Assembly: GCF_025526975.1 (NCBI RefSeq)
Contig: NW_026515698.1
Span: forward strand, 186,001 to 250,000
DNA length: 64,000 bases
Direction of reading: 5' to 3'
From: Fimicolochytrium jonesii
Lineage: Eukaryota
The notes under the pieces are model-generated. The model worked only from the letters and a program-made list of their open reading frames with translations. It was not told the DNA's origin and made no database searches. Positions 1 to 11,897 of this stretch are shown piece by piece; the stretch's first letter is position 1; every line of letters starts with the position of its first letter. Both the position numbers and the translations under genes were made by a program.

Positions 1-345
1 ACGGCGTTTGCGGATGGGCAGGCGTATACGGCGTTAAGTCGGGTCAAGAGTCTTGATGGGCTGCGGTTACGGCATTTTGGGAGGGGGAGTGTGAGGAGTT
101 GTTGGAGGGTTGAGCAGTTTTATAGGGAGATGCGGAGGGAGAGGGAGAAAGAGGAGGCGGTTAGGAAAGCGGAGGGGAGAAGGAAGGCGTGGATGGAGAG
201 GGAGAGGGCTTGGAGGGAGAGGCGGGAGCGGAAACAGGGGTATGGATCTGCCAAACAGACGACGTGGGCACCTTCCGGAACGGGAGGGTGGAGGAAGGAG
301 AGCGATGAGAGCGGGAAGAGGGAGATGGTTGCGACTATGGCGTAG
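1..345 (+). CDS. PIF1: PIF1-family DNA helicase, 3' end (partial, runs in from window edge)
   Basis: Frame 1 from base 1 reads TAFADGQAYTALSRVKSLDGLRLRHF...VEQFY, matching the PIF1 motif VI region (GQxYVALSR..L.GL...V..FY); stop TAG at 343-345. Confidence 0.85.
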   Translation, partial: TAFADGQAYTALSRVKSLDGLRLRHFGRGSVRSCWRVEQFYREMRREREKEEAVRKAEGRRKAWMERERAWRERRERKQGYGSAKQTTWAPSGTGGWRKESDESGKREMVATMA

Positions 346-718
346 GGGAGGGTGTGCGACGTTACGCATGGGGCGTGGTGGGGGAACAGAAGTGGAATAC
401 TGTACGTACTCATGTGGGTATCGGGATGCGGTGACTCTCGCCGCGATGCCTACTTGAGTTCTCTGTACCTGTAGGGACGCCCAGCAGATGTATTTTTTGG
501 TACATAGTCGTGCTTTATCAGATTTCATGTATATAGCTTTTGTGTTTTGTGCGCCAATACAGTCGACACACTCTGATTGACTGCCGTCTTATTCGGCCGG
601 GTATTTTTTCATGACATTATAAGGTCGCAACTTCACACGACCCGTAACAGATGCCCCCATTGCTGTAAACTAAGACCTCGGCGATCGCAGGATATCCTCA
701 CCTCTGATCCCAACCTCC

Positions 719-1449
719 CTAAACCTCCACCCCCTCATACGTACATCCCAACTGCCCAACCCTCACCAACCCACCCACATCCAACCCCAACCCCTCCGCC
801 TTCCCCCTCAACTCCCCAATCCTCTCCTCACTCACAACCTGTTCCCTCGTAAACAGCCACAGCCCCGGATTGAAAAACGGTAGACATTTCCCGTTAGACG
901 GCCGGGTGGGCGAGCCGGTTGTTATTATGGCCCAGGTGTATGTTGAGTTTGTGTCTTCGGAGGTGGAAGAGGAAGTTGCGTTGTTCCCGGCAGCGACCAC
1001 CCAGTAGTCTCCGTAGAGGAATCGCGGGAGGAAGGTGGGCCCGACTTTGAGTTTGGATTGCGTTGAGGTGAGGGCGGCGTTTAGGTGGGTGTCTTTTTTT
1101 GGGCCGTTGATGGTCTTTTGGTTGGCGTAGTTGTATACATCAACTGAACGGGGGATCCATCTTTCATTGGTGACTTGACCCAGGAATTTTTACGATGATG
1201 CTCTTCAGCCTACTCACCCAAATCCCCACCCTTCCTCGTATACTTTGCCCGCACACAAAACAGCTCATCGACAGGCTGGTACGACACCGGCAGCTGTTCC
1301 TGCACGAACCACGGCGCGGAGATGTAGGATTCCAGGTCGAAGTTGGGCGCGCTGTCGAAGCCTTTGGGTGGGCAGTTGAAGAGGGATGATGGGGCGGCGG
1401 CGGCGAGGGAGGAGAGGGAGAGGGTTAGGAGGGGCAGTGTGAGGTGCAT
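719..1449 (-). CDS. Secreted lipocalin-like protein (2 exons: 1449-1218, 1143-719)
   Basis: Signal peptide MHLTLPLLTLSLSSLAAA; lipocalin-like motifs NFDLESYISAPWFV, GDYWVV, WAII and LWLFTR; GTGAGT...CAG intron 1217-1144 joins the frames. Confidence 0.75.
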
Positions 1450-2628
1450 TTTGGGGTGGGACTGCTGTGGGGGATGTGGTTGAGGAGTTTCTGTGGCGAG
1501 AAATTTGGATGCGTTTTGGAGAAAGGCGCTGGATGGCTTTATATGCAGGCTGGGAAGGTGCTCATACATGGACTATGGTTTACTTCCTTTATCGGAGACA
1601 TCGGGTGGGGCGAGAAGGAAACCGTGTGGATGACGAAAAAACGACTTTTGCTCTTCTCGCCGGACACAGCCTACAAACCCGATCTACGCGTCATGCAATG
1701 GCCATACGTGCGTCCACACGCACATGCGAGCCTGACCGTCTTGGGTTGGACACCACGGTCGACAAGCGCCCGTGCTTCACCGGGCGCAGAATTATACTTT
1801 GTTCCGCTTCCGCACCATCGCATCGGCTATCGGATCGGACGATCCTGCACATGACGCTCCGGGGGAGATTCACACACGTACGGAATCACACCCACGCCCG
1901 GTCAACGATGCAAGGACGGAAGCAGCCGTTCGCATCGGTGGCCGGGAGCTCCCATTTGGCATGAAGACCCCCGATCGCGTATGCGACAACCAGAAATTCG
2001 TAATCCGTAGGATATGCTTACCTTCTTGAGATTCCGGAGTGCAGTGATGCTCATGGAGCTTCTGGCTAACGGACATGCGAGCTGAAGCTGCTGCATCCGC
2101 ACTTCCGAATGTGGCCTAACCTGTAGATTTACGATCCACACGATGGAGTTCCTCTGCGCCGAACTTGGAAGGAGGAAGTCGAATCCACTGTGAATACTGT
2201 CAACGGATTCAGATCGGCGAGCCCGATCGCTTTGAGCCTGTCGAAACCTTGAAAGCTTAATCTGTATGGGACGGTTGGGTAAGCACGGACGCGTTCGTTG
2301 CGCGTGCCGTCATCGTGAGAGTCGGGGACCGCCCGAGTAGAGCAATAGGGATGCCGTTGAGTAGAGCAATTCGACACCTGAAGCGCATTGGTGTGGCATA
2401 GTGAGGTTTCTTTTAGAGAAATGCATGCTGCTGCCCTATTGCATAAATCTGTAGGTTGCAAAACAATGTCCTCGCTCGCATGCTTAATGAAAATGTCTAG
2501 GGTGGCTGTTGTCGCACACTCGCAGTATACCGTCGCGCGCCTGCGCATCTCGTCGCCCATTGTCAAGCCCAAAGCATATTTGCTCTTCCGTTTTTCGATT
2601 CAGCGTGCATGTCGAGGGCGGTGAGCCA

Positions 2629-2780
2629 TGTTGCTTTCGTTGCGATTTCGGTTGCGATTTCGGTTGCGATGTCGGTTGCGATGGCGGTTTCGACGGTTGC
2701 GATGTCGGTTTCGATGGCGGTTGCGAGTCATTGCGTTTTCGTTGAGATTCCGTTGCGATGTCGTTGCGATGTCGTTGCGC
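2629..2780. repeat. Degenerate ~12-bp tandem repeat (GTTGCGATTTCG / GTTGCGATGTCG)
   Basis: Directly visible repeated units; reads as SQPK/SQPT repeats on the minus strand. Confidence 0.9.
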
Positions 2781-3199
2781 TTCCGGTTCCGTTTGAACCG
2801 CTTGGAGACGCAAAATTAGAGACGCATGTGGGCCGGGAAACCAAACATGACGTGGTATTTGCGAACCAGTGAAGGAGGAAGTGAAGATGGAGATTGATGA
2901 AGATGCGGGGTTCGATGAGCCTCGGTTTGGTTCCTTTACGAGGTAATCTCCTGCGTAGTTCTTTTTCTAGGGTTTGCGAGAGGGAAGCTGTTGATCCAGC
3001 CGTTGTTGTTGGATATCGGAAAGGGTGGCCGTTGATCCAGCTGTGGTTTCTGGGCCTGGAAGGGAAACAGTGTGTGGTGAGAAACAGATTGAGATCTCTA
3101 GACGCTGCCCGTGCAACTGGCTGCCGACCATCGACACAATCTGGGAAAGGCTTGTTTCGACATCTGTCTTGTCCAATCTCGAATGGTACCATCTACGCA

Positions 3200-5608
3200 C
3201 CACACCTCAACGTACATGTGGTAAAAATGTCGGGGATCTTTTCCGGAATACTTGGTAAGCTCCCTCGTTCGGCAAAGTTGGTTGCCAGCCTTCGATGATT
3301 GGCGACTGTCGAAGTGCCAAGAACCTACGATGGAGACGGAGAATCGTACAATGCGATGCATATCTTCTGACAAAGAGATGCATCGCATCGGCGAAAGAAC
3401 ACACTTGTTGACAGCTTGGTCGTTCAGCCACTTATCGGTTTTGACAATCCTTTGAATGGTAGCGGGCTCTATAATCGATGACTCTGCCGGTATCTTCAGG
3501 GCTCCTTTTCCTCCCTTCTACCGAGAGCCTGGCCCACCGGCATAATCATACTGCTGATTACGCGTTCAAGGAAGACGAGATGTTCTTCATCCACCTTTGG
3601 CCACGGCTCGCCTTTGCACATTGCCGGCCCGGGAGAGGTCGTTGGACACAACGGGGGCAGGGGCTCATCCCCTAGCTCTGCAACCCCAGTGTCCTCACGA
3701 GCTCCGCCACCGACTTCGACTTCCTCCGATGAACTGCAAAAATCGAGGTGCATGTCGATGTCCAAAGGAGTAACGTCGGTGTCCATAGCTGCGTTTGCAC
3801 CGTTGCCACTGTGGTCACCATGAGCTTGGCGGAGTTTAAAAACGATTGCAGTGGTGACATATGGGCGAACCACCTCCATTCACGATCGCAAGGTCTCGGC
3901 AACACTCCCTTTCCGATATGGGTAAAGGTTTGCAAAGGCGAAAAGCTCGGAATAAATGTCGACGAGTTCCCAGGAAGTGGGTAGGGTCTGTGAGGTGATC
4001 TCATAACGTTGAGTTAAGAGGTGATCTCATAACGTTGAGTCGGGCAAGGGGTTCGGCTCCAAAACACAGCGTTGAGTTGGGCGCGCCCCTGGGTCGCTGA
4101 CAGTCTTTCCAAAAGTTCACTGTCCATGAGCGCGAACTCGTTATCCGCGTCTGTCTCGTTGGTCTCGTTGGTCTCGTTGGTTTCGTTGCGCATGTTGGTC
4201 TCGTTGGTTTCGTTGCGCATGTTGTCGGTCTCGTTGGTTTCGTTGCGCATGTTGGTCTCGTTGGTTTCGTTGAGCATGTTGTCCGTCTCGTTGGTTTCGT
4301 TGCGCATATTGGTCTCGTTGGTCTGTTTCCGCAAATTGGTTTCGTTGGTCTCGTTGCGCATGTTGGTCTCGTTGGTCTCGTCGCAAGTCTCCATCAGGTA
4401 CCCACTTGGCGAAATCGGCTCATCCGAGTGCCAAGATATGGGAGAGCTTCGAGGTAGTCCACCTGGGTAATATCTTTGCCGAGAAGCGCGGCAATCTGCT
4501 GGCCTTGATACATGCTTCGCTGCGACTGGAGAAACATCCAGTCCAGGAGCTTCTCGGGCATAGGGTGGTGGATTTGCCTGAATTCGGATGTTTTAGTGAT
4601 CCAGCGGCGCAGAGCAGCCCTCTTGAAGGGGCGAGCATTGACGGTGGTGGCAGCGGTACTTTGAGCGTTTGTAAGTTGGGAGAAGACATCCGTTCCCAAA
4701 TTCACAAACAGTGTGTAATCGGCCGAGGTGGGTAGGTATTGCTTGTAGAAGCCGCCGGTTTGACGGTTCAGGAGGTTGTCTATTCCAAAGAAATGAATTA
4801 TTGCACGTTCGCGGTCGTCCCTGATGGCCCTTGCAACGTAGTTTGCTTGAGTGGCGGCAGGGAATGTGAATATGCGAGCTGCTTCATAGGCATCTGGGAA
4901 CATCGCTTGCAGTACTTTGAGGAATTGCGAAAGGAGGCCGTACTGATGCCGGGAGTCGTGCTCAAATCGGGCTTCAGGGGTGGAGGGGAGCTCACACATC
5001 CGGATGTATCGATTGGAAATCACTGTCTCCAAGGGTCTCGTCGCCATAGCCATGATCCATGGTTCCGCTTCGGGTGGGTCCAATCCCTCGGTTGACCAAG
5101 AGGCGATGATTGTATTGCAGTCCGAGACCGTCATTGTCCAGCTTCGAACATAAAAGAGCTGAGTGCCGTCTGCTTCATTCGCTCCACCGCCGTCCTTGAG
5201 AGAGAGCGACATCATCATGTCTTCGTCTGAGACAAAGAGAGGATTTCTCCAAAACCATTGAAACCGTGCTGCATTTTCAACGTTTTCGGCGTTGGTAGGG
5301 CACAAAAAGTTAATGTGCTCGATGTCCAAGGAGGTTGTCTGGAGCCCAGCGCTCTGCATGCAACGGCCTACTTCCGTGTGCACTGTCCTCTGGATCCGCT
5401 CGATGTTGACCAGGCCAATAGGGTCTGCGAGGTGGAGGTTGATGGCAGCTGGGAGAGCAGACAAGCTGTTTCCCTTGCGGAGGGCATCACGGAATGGGGC
5501 CCGACGATTTGGGAAGTCAGAGCGAGATTTTGCAAGCAGCTGTCTCGACATGATGTGTTTTGTAGGCGGAGAGGTTCCGAGGTGGCGAGGGTTAGGCGCC
5601 CGTTGCAA
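3200..5608 (-). pseudogene. Disrupted gene(s): GIY-YIG-like N-terminal ORF, NET repeat, downstream Ulp1-like remnant; probably TE-associated
   Basis: 404-aa ORF (4394-5608) continues by frameshift into the NET-repeat ORF. A 26-nt duplication at 3992-4040 and an in-frame TGA near 3881 interrupt TQRYEITSQTLPTSWELVDIYSELFAFANLYPY...RS*MEVVRP. IQRIVKTDKWLNDQAVN lies at ~3400-3460. Confidence 0.55.
4153..4382. repeat. Minisatellite of 9-nt subunits (GTCTCGTTG / GTTTCGTTG / CGCATGTTG) encoding NETNETNMR repeats
   Basis: Directly visible; the minus-strand ORF reads (NETNETNMR)n. Confidence 0.95.
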
Positions 5609-6765
5609 CTGACTGCTACAGGAGCAACCGAAAGCCCAATGCTAGTTTCAGCGTCTCTCACCGGCGTAAAGGTGAGATACGGATGAAAGTTCCGTGTTGT
5701 AGTATTGGAACTTATGACACTCTTTCACTCAGGCGCGTTCTCTCTATGTCGTTCGTGGATTTATGCGCTGATGTTGCGGTACAGGCTATCTGACAATGAC
5801 ACCCAAGCAAGCCGGAGGTCCCCAGGTCGCATTCGCCATCAAGGATGCGACTGATCACAACAGATCGTGAGCAATTGCATCCTTGTTGGAGGAGCCTGTG
5901 GGGAACTGTAATCGGAGCAGTCCCTGCCAGTGCGGGTGAGTGACCCGGCGGGGGACTATTGAAATCGTGTGCAGCAAGCACGAAAGCACATCCCGTTGCG
6001 GCTGTCTCTCTGTTCAGAGCAGATTTGAAACTAAAGCCCGAGCTAGCCCCGCTATGAAGGGCGTGTTTGGCGTGAAGGGCGTCGGACGCGTCGACCCACG
6101 ACCGCTGACGTTATGTGAACGTCTTCCGGCGCCTGAAAACTTCACTTGCAGCCAGCGGGTTTTCCTCGGCGCCCTTGACTTCGAGCCACAGCGTTTCCGG
6201 GCAGTCGATGGCTGCCCAATCTTGACGACGCTAACTGAGCTCATGCGTCTCGGTTTTTGCGCTTGATCATTTCGATGAGTAAATTGAAGCGGGTCTTCAG
6301 AGTATTGGCAGTTTTCTGAAGAGGGACACATGGTCAGTGAAAGTATAAGTGATGGAGATGTAATCACTGTTGGCTTACCCCTTGGCTTACCCCTTCTCAT
6401 CTGTGGACAAAACACTTGCCGCTAGGGACTATCTGAGCTCCTGTCCAGAGGCGCGCAAATCGGACCGATCTCGTGACAGTCAACGTCGGGTCTCCACGTT
6501 TATGCGGGACCCGAAAAATGCCGATCCCCAGCCCACTTCGTAGCTGTTGCGAGGATCTCTGACAGTGTAGGTACCTTTTGCTCTCCCGTAGGCGCCGGAC
6601 TGCCTGGCTAATCGCGTGAGCTTGCTAGACGGCTGCTTGTCATCCTTCGTCGTTGGATTTCGGGGAAGCTACCAAAAGACTTATCTGTATCCAGCCCTTC
6701 GTCGTGCTCTTCCAGGCCTTCGTCTTCCTCTTCCAGGCTTCCGTCATCCTCATTTAGGCCTTCGT

Positions 6766-7740
6766 CTACACGACGCGCGGTAAATTGTGATCCGAGGCGT
6801 AGATGAGCCCATATCGTTTGAAGGCTTCCGGCGCCTCGTTGAGGAAGAGGTATTCGACGACGGTTTGGCTTCCTATCATCGTCGCTGAAGAGATAGCTTC
6901 GATGACGTTCCTGCGCGTTTCGAGAAATACCTCGTTCGGTGAAAACGGCTTGGAGTTTCTTGGCTTTGTCTGAAAGATATCGTTCACGTACTTCACGTAG
7001 TCGAGTTGCCCGAAATACGACGCGGTCCCTAGCCCGGATGCACCGAGATCCTCGCCGTGCGCCGCATAAAATCGTACAAAGATCTCGGTACGTCCACCAG
7101 CACCGGACCCGATGATGGCATGACCGAGAGACGCATGAACATAGCTGCAGAGGTACTCCACGACATCCACGCGGCGAAGGTGGCCGCAATCCAATCACGG
7201 ATTATCGAGAGCATGGTCGGGCGCGGGACGGTGTTGCAGTATGGCAGCCTAATGCGGACTACATCCAAATGGCCTTTGAGCGCCGGTCGAAACAACGCTT
7301 TCCAGGTACCGCTATGGTTGGCGTCAACGAGATATTGCACAACTTCCTTATGGCTCCATTCCGCGGCCTCCTTGATCCCACGTTTGGTGGCTCCTTCGGT
7401 TCTGTTCTCGACAAGAAAGCGGATGACCTCAAGATGGCCGTTCGCAGCCGCCTTTTCAATGGCGCGTTTCGTGCAGCCTTCTTGGCGATGTTCGTGGAGA
7501 AACTGTACAATGTCCAACTTCCCCAGGGCGGCCGCCCCTGCCGCCCGGTCCATAGTTCTCGATGTACAGCCCGTCAACCCATAACGATTCATCCACTCGA
7601 CGTGCTCCAACGTGACTGTCGCTCGATTCCACGCCTTTGTCGCACGACCCTTGGGCAGTTCTCGCTTGACTGCCTCGACCTTCAAGCTGATTGCGACGAC
7701 AACGGGAAGGTACAGCAGGATCTGCTGCACGATCTCAGCT
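6766..7740 (-). pseudogene. Frameshifted ankyrin-repeat gene with F-box-like N-terminus
   Basis: GCTKRAIEKAAANGHLEVIRFLVEN and GCTSRTMDRAA repeats; AEIVQQILLYLP resembles an F-box start; frame switches near 7190 into RVDVVEYL...GQLDYVKY; in-frame stop just upstream; 21-bp acidic repeats at ~6695-6765. Confidence 0.75.
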
Positions 7741-8119
7741 TTTTGAACGGAACTGCGTTATGTTCCTTCGGTACTCGAAGTTCGTCGACTCTGTTCGGTG
7801 TTCAAAGGGGTGGGTTTCAGAGGGGTGTTTCCACCGTTTCGTCGTCCAAACGCCATACTTCTGTCCATGTTATCGGGTCAAAGCCGCTGTCTTGACCATC
7901 GGGATGCGAACCGGTGCCCTCCGCTGTGAAGAGAGGAGGGTTACAAAATAGCGTCCCAAAAAGTGTGGAGAATCGCTGGCTCTCATCGGTGTCTGGCCTG
8001 TTGCATTCGGCCGTTGGCCCGGGGCGAGGTCGAGAGATGTGGAACAATTGATTTACAGTGTCGATGTGAACCGGCTTCCAAAATCAGTCCAACTTCCGAA
8101 AAAGGCAAAAGAATTGCTA

Positions 8120-8191
8120 AGGAGGCACCGAGAGTTGAACTCGGGACCGCCCGATCTGCAGTCGGATGCTCTACCACTGAGCTATACCTCC
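8120..8191 (-). tRNA. tRNA-Cys (anticodon GCA), intronless
   Basis: GGAGGTATAGCTCAGTGGTAGAGCATCCGACTGCAGATCGGGCGGTCCCGAGTTCAACTCTCGGTGCCTCCT folds as a cloverleaf: acceptor GGAGGTA/TGCCTCC, anticodon stem CCGA/TCGG, GTTCAA T-loop; T-run terminator downstream. Confidence 0.95.
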
Positions 8192-8256
8192 CCTTGAATA
8201 CATGTTTCCGCAAGGCCGTTCTGATCGAATTTCCAAAGTATTGCTTCTGCTGGAGT

Positions 8257-8307
8257 GGATGCTCTACCACTGAGCTATACCTCACTTTGAATACAGGTTT
8301 CCGCAAG
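8257..8307 (-). repeat. Partial duplicate of the tRNA-Cys 5' portion plus its leader
   Basis: GGATGCTCTACCACTGAGCTATACCTC...TTGAATACA.GTTTCCGCAAG at 8257-8307 copies 8164-8214, offset 93 bp. Confidence 0.9.
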
Positions 8308-9291
8308 CCCTCTATGATCGCCAAAATAATGTGGAATGAAGAGCATCTGCGTTGTCACTTTGGTGCTGTTCACCTTGAACTTGAAATTGAAGGTGTGGGG
8401 CGCGCAACCGTCAACTTAACCTGTCAATTTTCAATTTTGAGCAATCCCTTGATTCTCTCCTCCTCCCATTCAATGCGCGAACTGCTATCCCCGCACCGTC
8501 TTCAAGTTGCTTCAAACCCCCTACCATTTCTCTTCCAAGTTTCCTACCAAGTTTCTTCCAACCTCCTATCAGCGTCTCTTTCAACTCGCAATGATCTAAC
8601 GCCTCTCGCACAGGTAAGTTAGCTGTCAGTCGGTTGCGTCTTATATATACCTCACCATCAAGCGTCAATATTGAACCTTCCGTTCAAGGGCCGGCCGTCG
8701 CTCGGTGGAACCAACGCTCATTCACTTGCGCCTGCCTCAACGACCATCATCGCTGCAACCAATTGAGACCTTTGCGGTGGAAAAAATACCGTCGACGCTC
8801 GGTAACGTATACTGTCAGAATTCGACAGCTCGGGAGGACAACTTGAAGGTCCGACGGAAACACCTCTGTATACAAGCCGCCCCCGCCAGATATCTCTCGC
8901 GAGACATTCCTTGCGCGCGGCGAATGCCTTGCCTGCTCCACGATTCGATCTTCTAAGGTAGGGGCTCGCAGGCTACTCCGGCGACGGGGCGGAATCAGGA
9001 TCGAGCTCACACTTTCCCGACCTTTACAGCAAGATCAAAGGGAAGTTCCGATTTTCAGCCATTGCCTCCTCTCAAACCGGGGCGTGCTTCCCGCCGCTCT
9101 GTTCCTTTGCCTGATTGCCTGCTCGCATCATCGACGCTCGGATTTACCTGTCGAAACTCGACAGCTCGGAAGACAAGGTACCAGGCATCTCGACCACTGG
9201 ACATCCACACGGCGCCGCAACCCAGCGCACTCCTCTTTCAACTCTACCGCAAGCTACTTGACCGGAACCCATCTCTTTCTCCAAGTCAACG

Positions 9292-9957
9292 ATGACCTGC
9301 AAATCGTGTGCCGGCACTGATCATTCCCGCCGAAGCAGCAAGAAATGCGCTTTCTATCAACCCCGCACGAGGATCAAAGTCGAAAATGACTCCCCGGAAA
9401 ACGCTGACGTCGAAGGGAAACAGGACAACTCTTACTTCCCCAACCTCCTCAAAACCCTGCCGCTCGAGCTCAAAGACAACATCACCCACATGCTCGACAT
9501 GAGGTCCATCGTCCGCCTGAGCATGGTAGACAAATCCTGGAACAAAATCATAGACAACGAGGACTTCTGGATCCGAACCTGTCGCCAGCGTGACCTGGCG
9601 CTCGAAGAGAAGCCCTCGGCCCCAGAACGCGTGCAGAGCATCTCCTTCAAGAGCTTCGCCCTCTCCTCGGTCCTCGAGCGATGCGTACTCTGTCTCGGAC
9701 ACCAGCCAGCAACACCCTCCCGCTTCTTTTCCAACCTCCTCGTATGCCGCGGCTGTGATAGAGCCATGAGAAAGATAACCCTCACGCGCGCAAAGTCGGA
9801 ATACAAGCTCAATAATAACGATTTGCAAGGGCTACCCTACATCCAGCTCCCGAACCCGCACTATCGCCGCGCTGCGATGATGACCTTGTACTTGGTGCAA
9901 GATATCGTCGATGTAGCGTTCGCGAAGCATGGCGGAGACTCAGGAAAAGTCTCGTAA
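9292..9957 (+). CDS. F-box protein with N-terminal CCHC knuckle and XPA-like zinc finger/DNA-binding domain
   Basis: CKSCAGTDHSRRSSKKC; F-box LPLELKDNITHMLDMRSIVRLSMVDKSW; CVLC...VCRGC followed by ITLTRAKSEYKL...L...NPHY...MTLYL, as in the XPA C-terminal subdomain. Confidence 0.75.
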   Translation: MTCKSCAGTDHSRRSSKKCAFYQPRTRIKVENDSPENADVEGKQDNSYFPNLLKTLPLELKDNITHMLDMRSIVRLSMVDKSWNKIIDNEDFWIRTCRQRDLALEEKPSAPERVQSISFKSFALSSVLERCVLCLGHQPATPSRFFSNLLVCRGCDRAMRKITLTRAKSEYKLNNNDLQGLPYIQLPNPHYRRAAMMTLYLVQDIVDVAFAKHGGDSGKVS

Positions 9958-10830
9958 ACGGTCGGAGGCTATTGTTAGCACTAGACGGGCTAGAGGAACG
10001 AACTACAGATCTTGGGGAGGGCACTCGGGGTGCATCAGTGTTGCTCCGTATTCCTCCCGCTATTATGGTGGGTGGTAATCGCCGAGTCTTTGCGGAAAAG
10101 CGATACGGCGCATTTGTCGCCGTCTGCGTCTCGCTGTCGCTCGCCTCGGGTTTCATTTCCCGTTGCCTTGCCGGCGGCATTTACTTCACCGTTCGCCGTG
10201 TCATCTGCCTCAAACTCGTCGCGCGGTGCCCTGCGCATCTTCATCCATCCTCGCCGTCGTTCTTCTGATTCATGCTCGCCCTGCCATGGTGAGGTCCGCA
10301 CTTGACCTCGCTTGCCTCGCCGTCTACTTCCTTCGGCTTCGCCATCCGTCTCGCTTACCTCTCGCTTCCACTCCTGTCTCGTTCCTCTTGCCTCGCCATC
10401 AATTTCTGGCCTCCCATTTTAGCTTCCTCCACTATCCCGTAAGCCGTTTGCTTCTTTGCCGCTTTATGTTCCCTCCGCCGTCGTTTACTAGGTTGTCGAT
10501 GTGCGTACAATCTTTTTGCGTATCTTCTAAACAGAAATAATTCACTTTTTGCATTATCTTCCCTTGTAAGCTAGTTTCAAAAGAAGTTCCATGTATGTGC
10601 AAGCTGTTCACGCCGCGCTCAAGAGCGACCATGCTATGTCTTCTTCAAATCCATGATACCGAACTCGGGATGACATCTGAGATGTCTCCCTCGAAGAAAA
10701 CTGGCCAACGGACACACACCAGCTGAGTGAAAGTGCCAAGACCGTTGCTACTTTTGTGTTTTTCATGGCGAAGGTACGAGTTCGAGCGCAAGAAAGCTAA
10801 TCCAGCAACTCATGACTTTGACAGCGGTTT

Positions 10831-10992
10831 CTGAAGGTGCAAATTCCGTTGATTCGGGGTCAACGAGCTGCGGGTCTGAGGGTGCAAACTCCGTCGATTT
10901 GCTTCAAAGAGCAGGGATACCCGCTGCGCTCACGAGCAGCTCGGTTTGGTAAATAGACACGCAGAGACGTCCGCTGAGCTCATAAGCAGCTC
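10831..10992. repeat. Two pairs of short imperfect direct repeats
   Basis: CTGA(A/G)GGTGCAAA(T/C)TCCGT(T/C)GATT at 10831 and 10876; CCGCTG(C/A)GCTCA..AGCAGCTC at 10921 and 10971. Confidence 0.7.
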
Positions 10993-11897
10993 CTTGGGTC
11001 TCTGCCCGAACACCGCCCGCCAATTTGCAAGCTTTGCCGTGGAAACAAAATATAAAAGCGGGAACCAGCATTGGCGGTCAAAACGGGCCCCTCCCTTGTT
11101 TCTATAACTTCTCTGGCTTACTTTGCTTTGCTGAATGCGTTCAGGGTGAGAATGGTCGTTTCTGAACAGCTGCAGTTATGTTTGTTGGTGCTACAATTAC
11201 AACGGGACGCCCGCAAGATCAACGTATTCGAAGGTGAGGAAAAAGGGAAACAAGGAATGAAGGACCAGCTGGCAAAGCCATATTTTAACAATATGCATAC
11301 CCGTGGGCCAGTACCCTGTTGTGTTGCGACTGGCTTGATGTATATATCTGCAATATATTGCACTAGAGAGGGGCTTGCTCGACAACGCAGTATTAACGGC
11401 ACACGCGCTGTCGGATTTCCTTCAGGGCGATGCCGTCACTGTGCCCCAAAACAAACAACACACCGTCATTCAGACATTTCGGACCGCTCAAATTCGACGA
11501 AGGGGTTTTCCCGCAGTGCGAGCCTTGTTGTTCTTGCGGCTTGCCCTCACAAACTCTCAAAATATGTCGAGGGACGGGAACAGCCCTTTGCTTCGCCCTA
11601 GAGCACTGGGCCGCCATCGTTCAACTATCGAGGGATATCCGGAGCACGGTCGCATTGATGAGAAAACCACCAAAATCGGCCACACCGACTTCGTAGAAGT
11701 GGGCAATCTCACAAAGAATAAAGGGGGCACGTTACGTTCATTTTATTCAACAGCATTGTATATCGTCTCGCCTAAGCAACAGTCTATGAACAACGAACAG
11801 TCTAATCTACAAGGAGTAAATGGTCTAATCTAAGCAAAGTCGATCAACTCCCACGAGCTGCCAGGCATGAGGGGATGTTCGCTCGCGTAGGTGCCTA

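Noticed and set aside
6315..6350. Hammerhead ribozyme (CTGAAGA...GAAA) near the GIY-YIG-like ORF
   Set aside because: Stem II does not close and no supporting stems I/III were found.
9292..9345. Fanzor/TnpB or transposase suggested by the CCHC knuckle
   Set aside because: No RuvC or DDE motifs follow; the ORF continues as F-box plus XPA-like domain.
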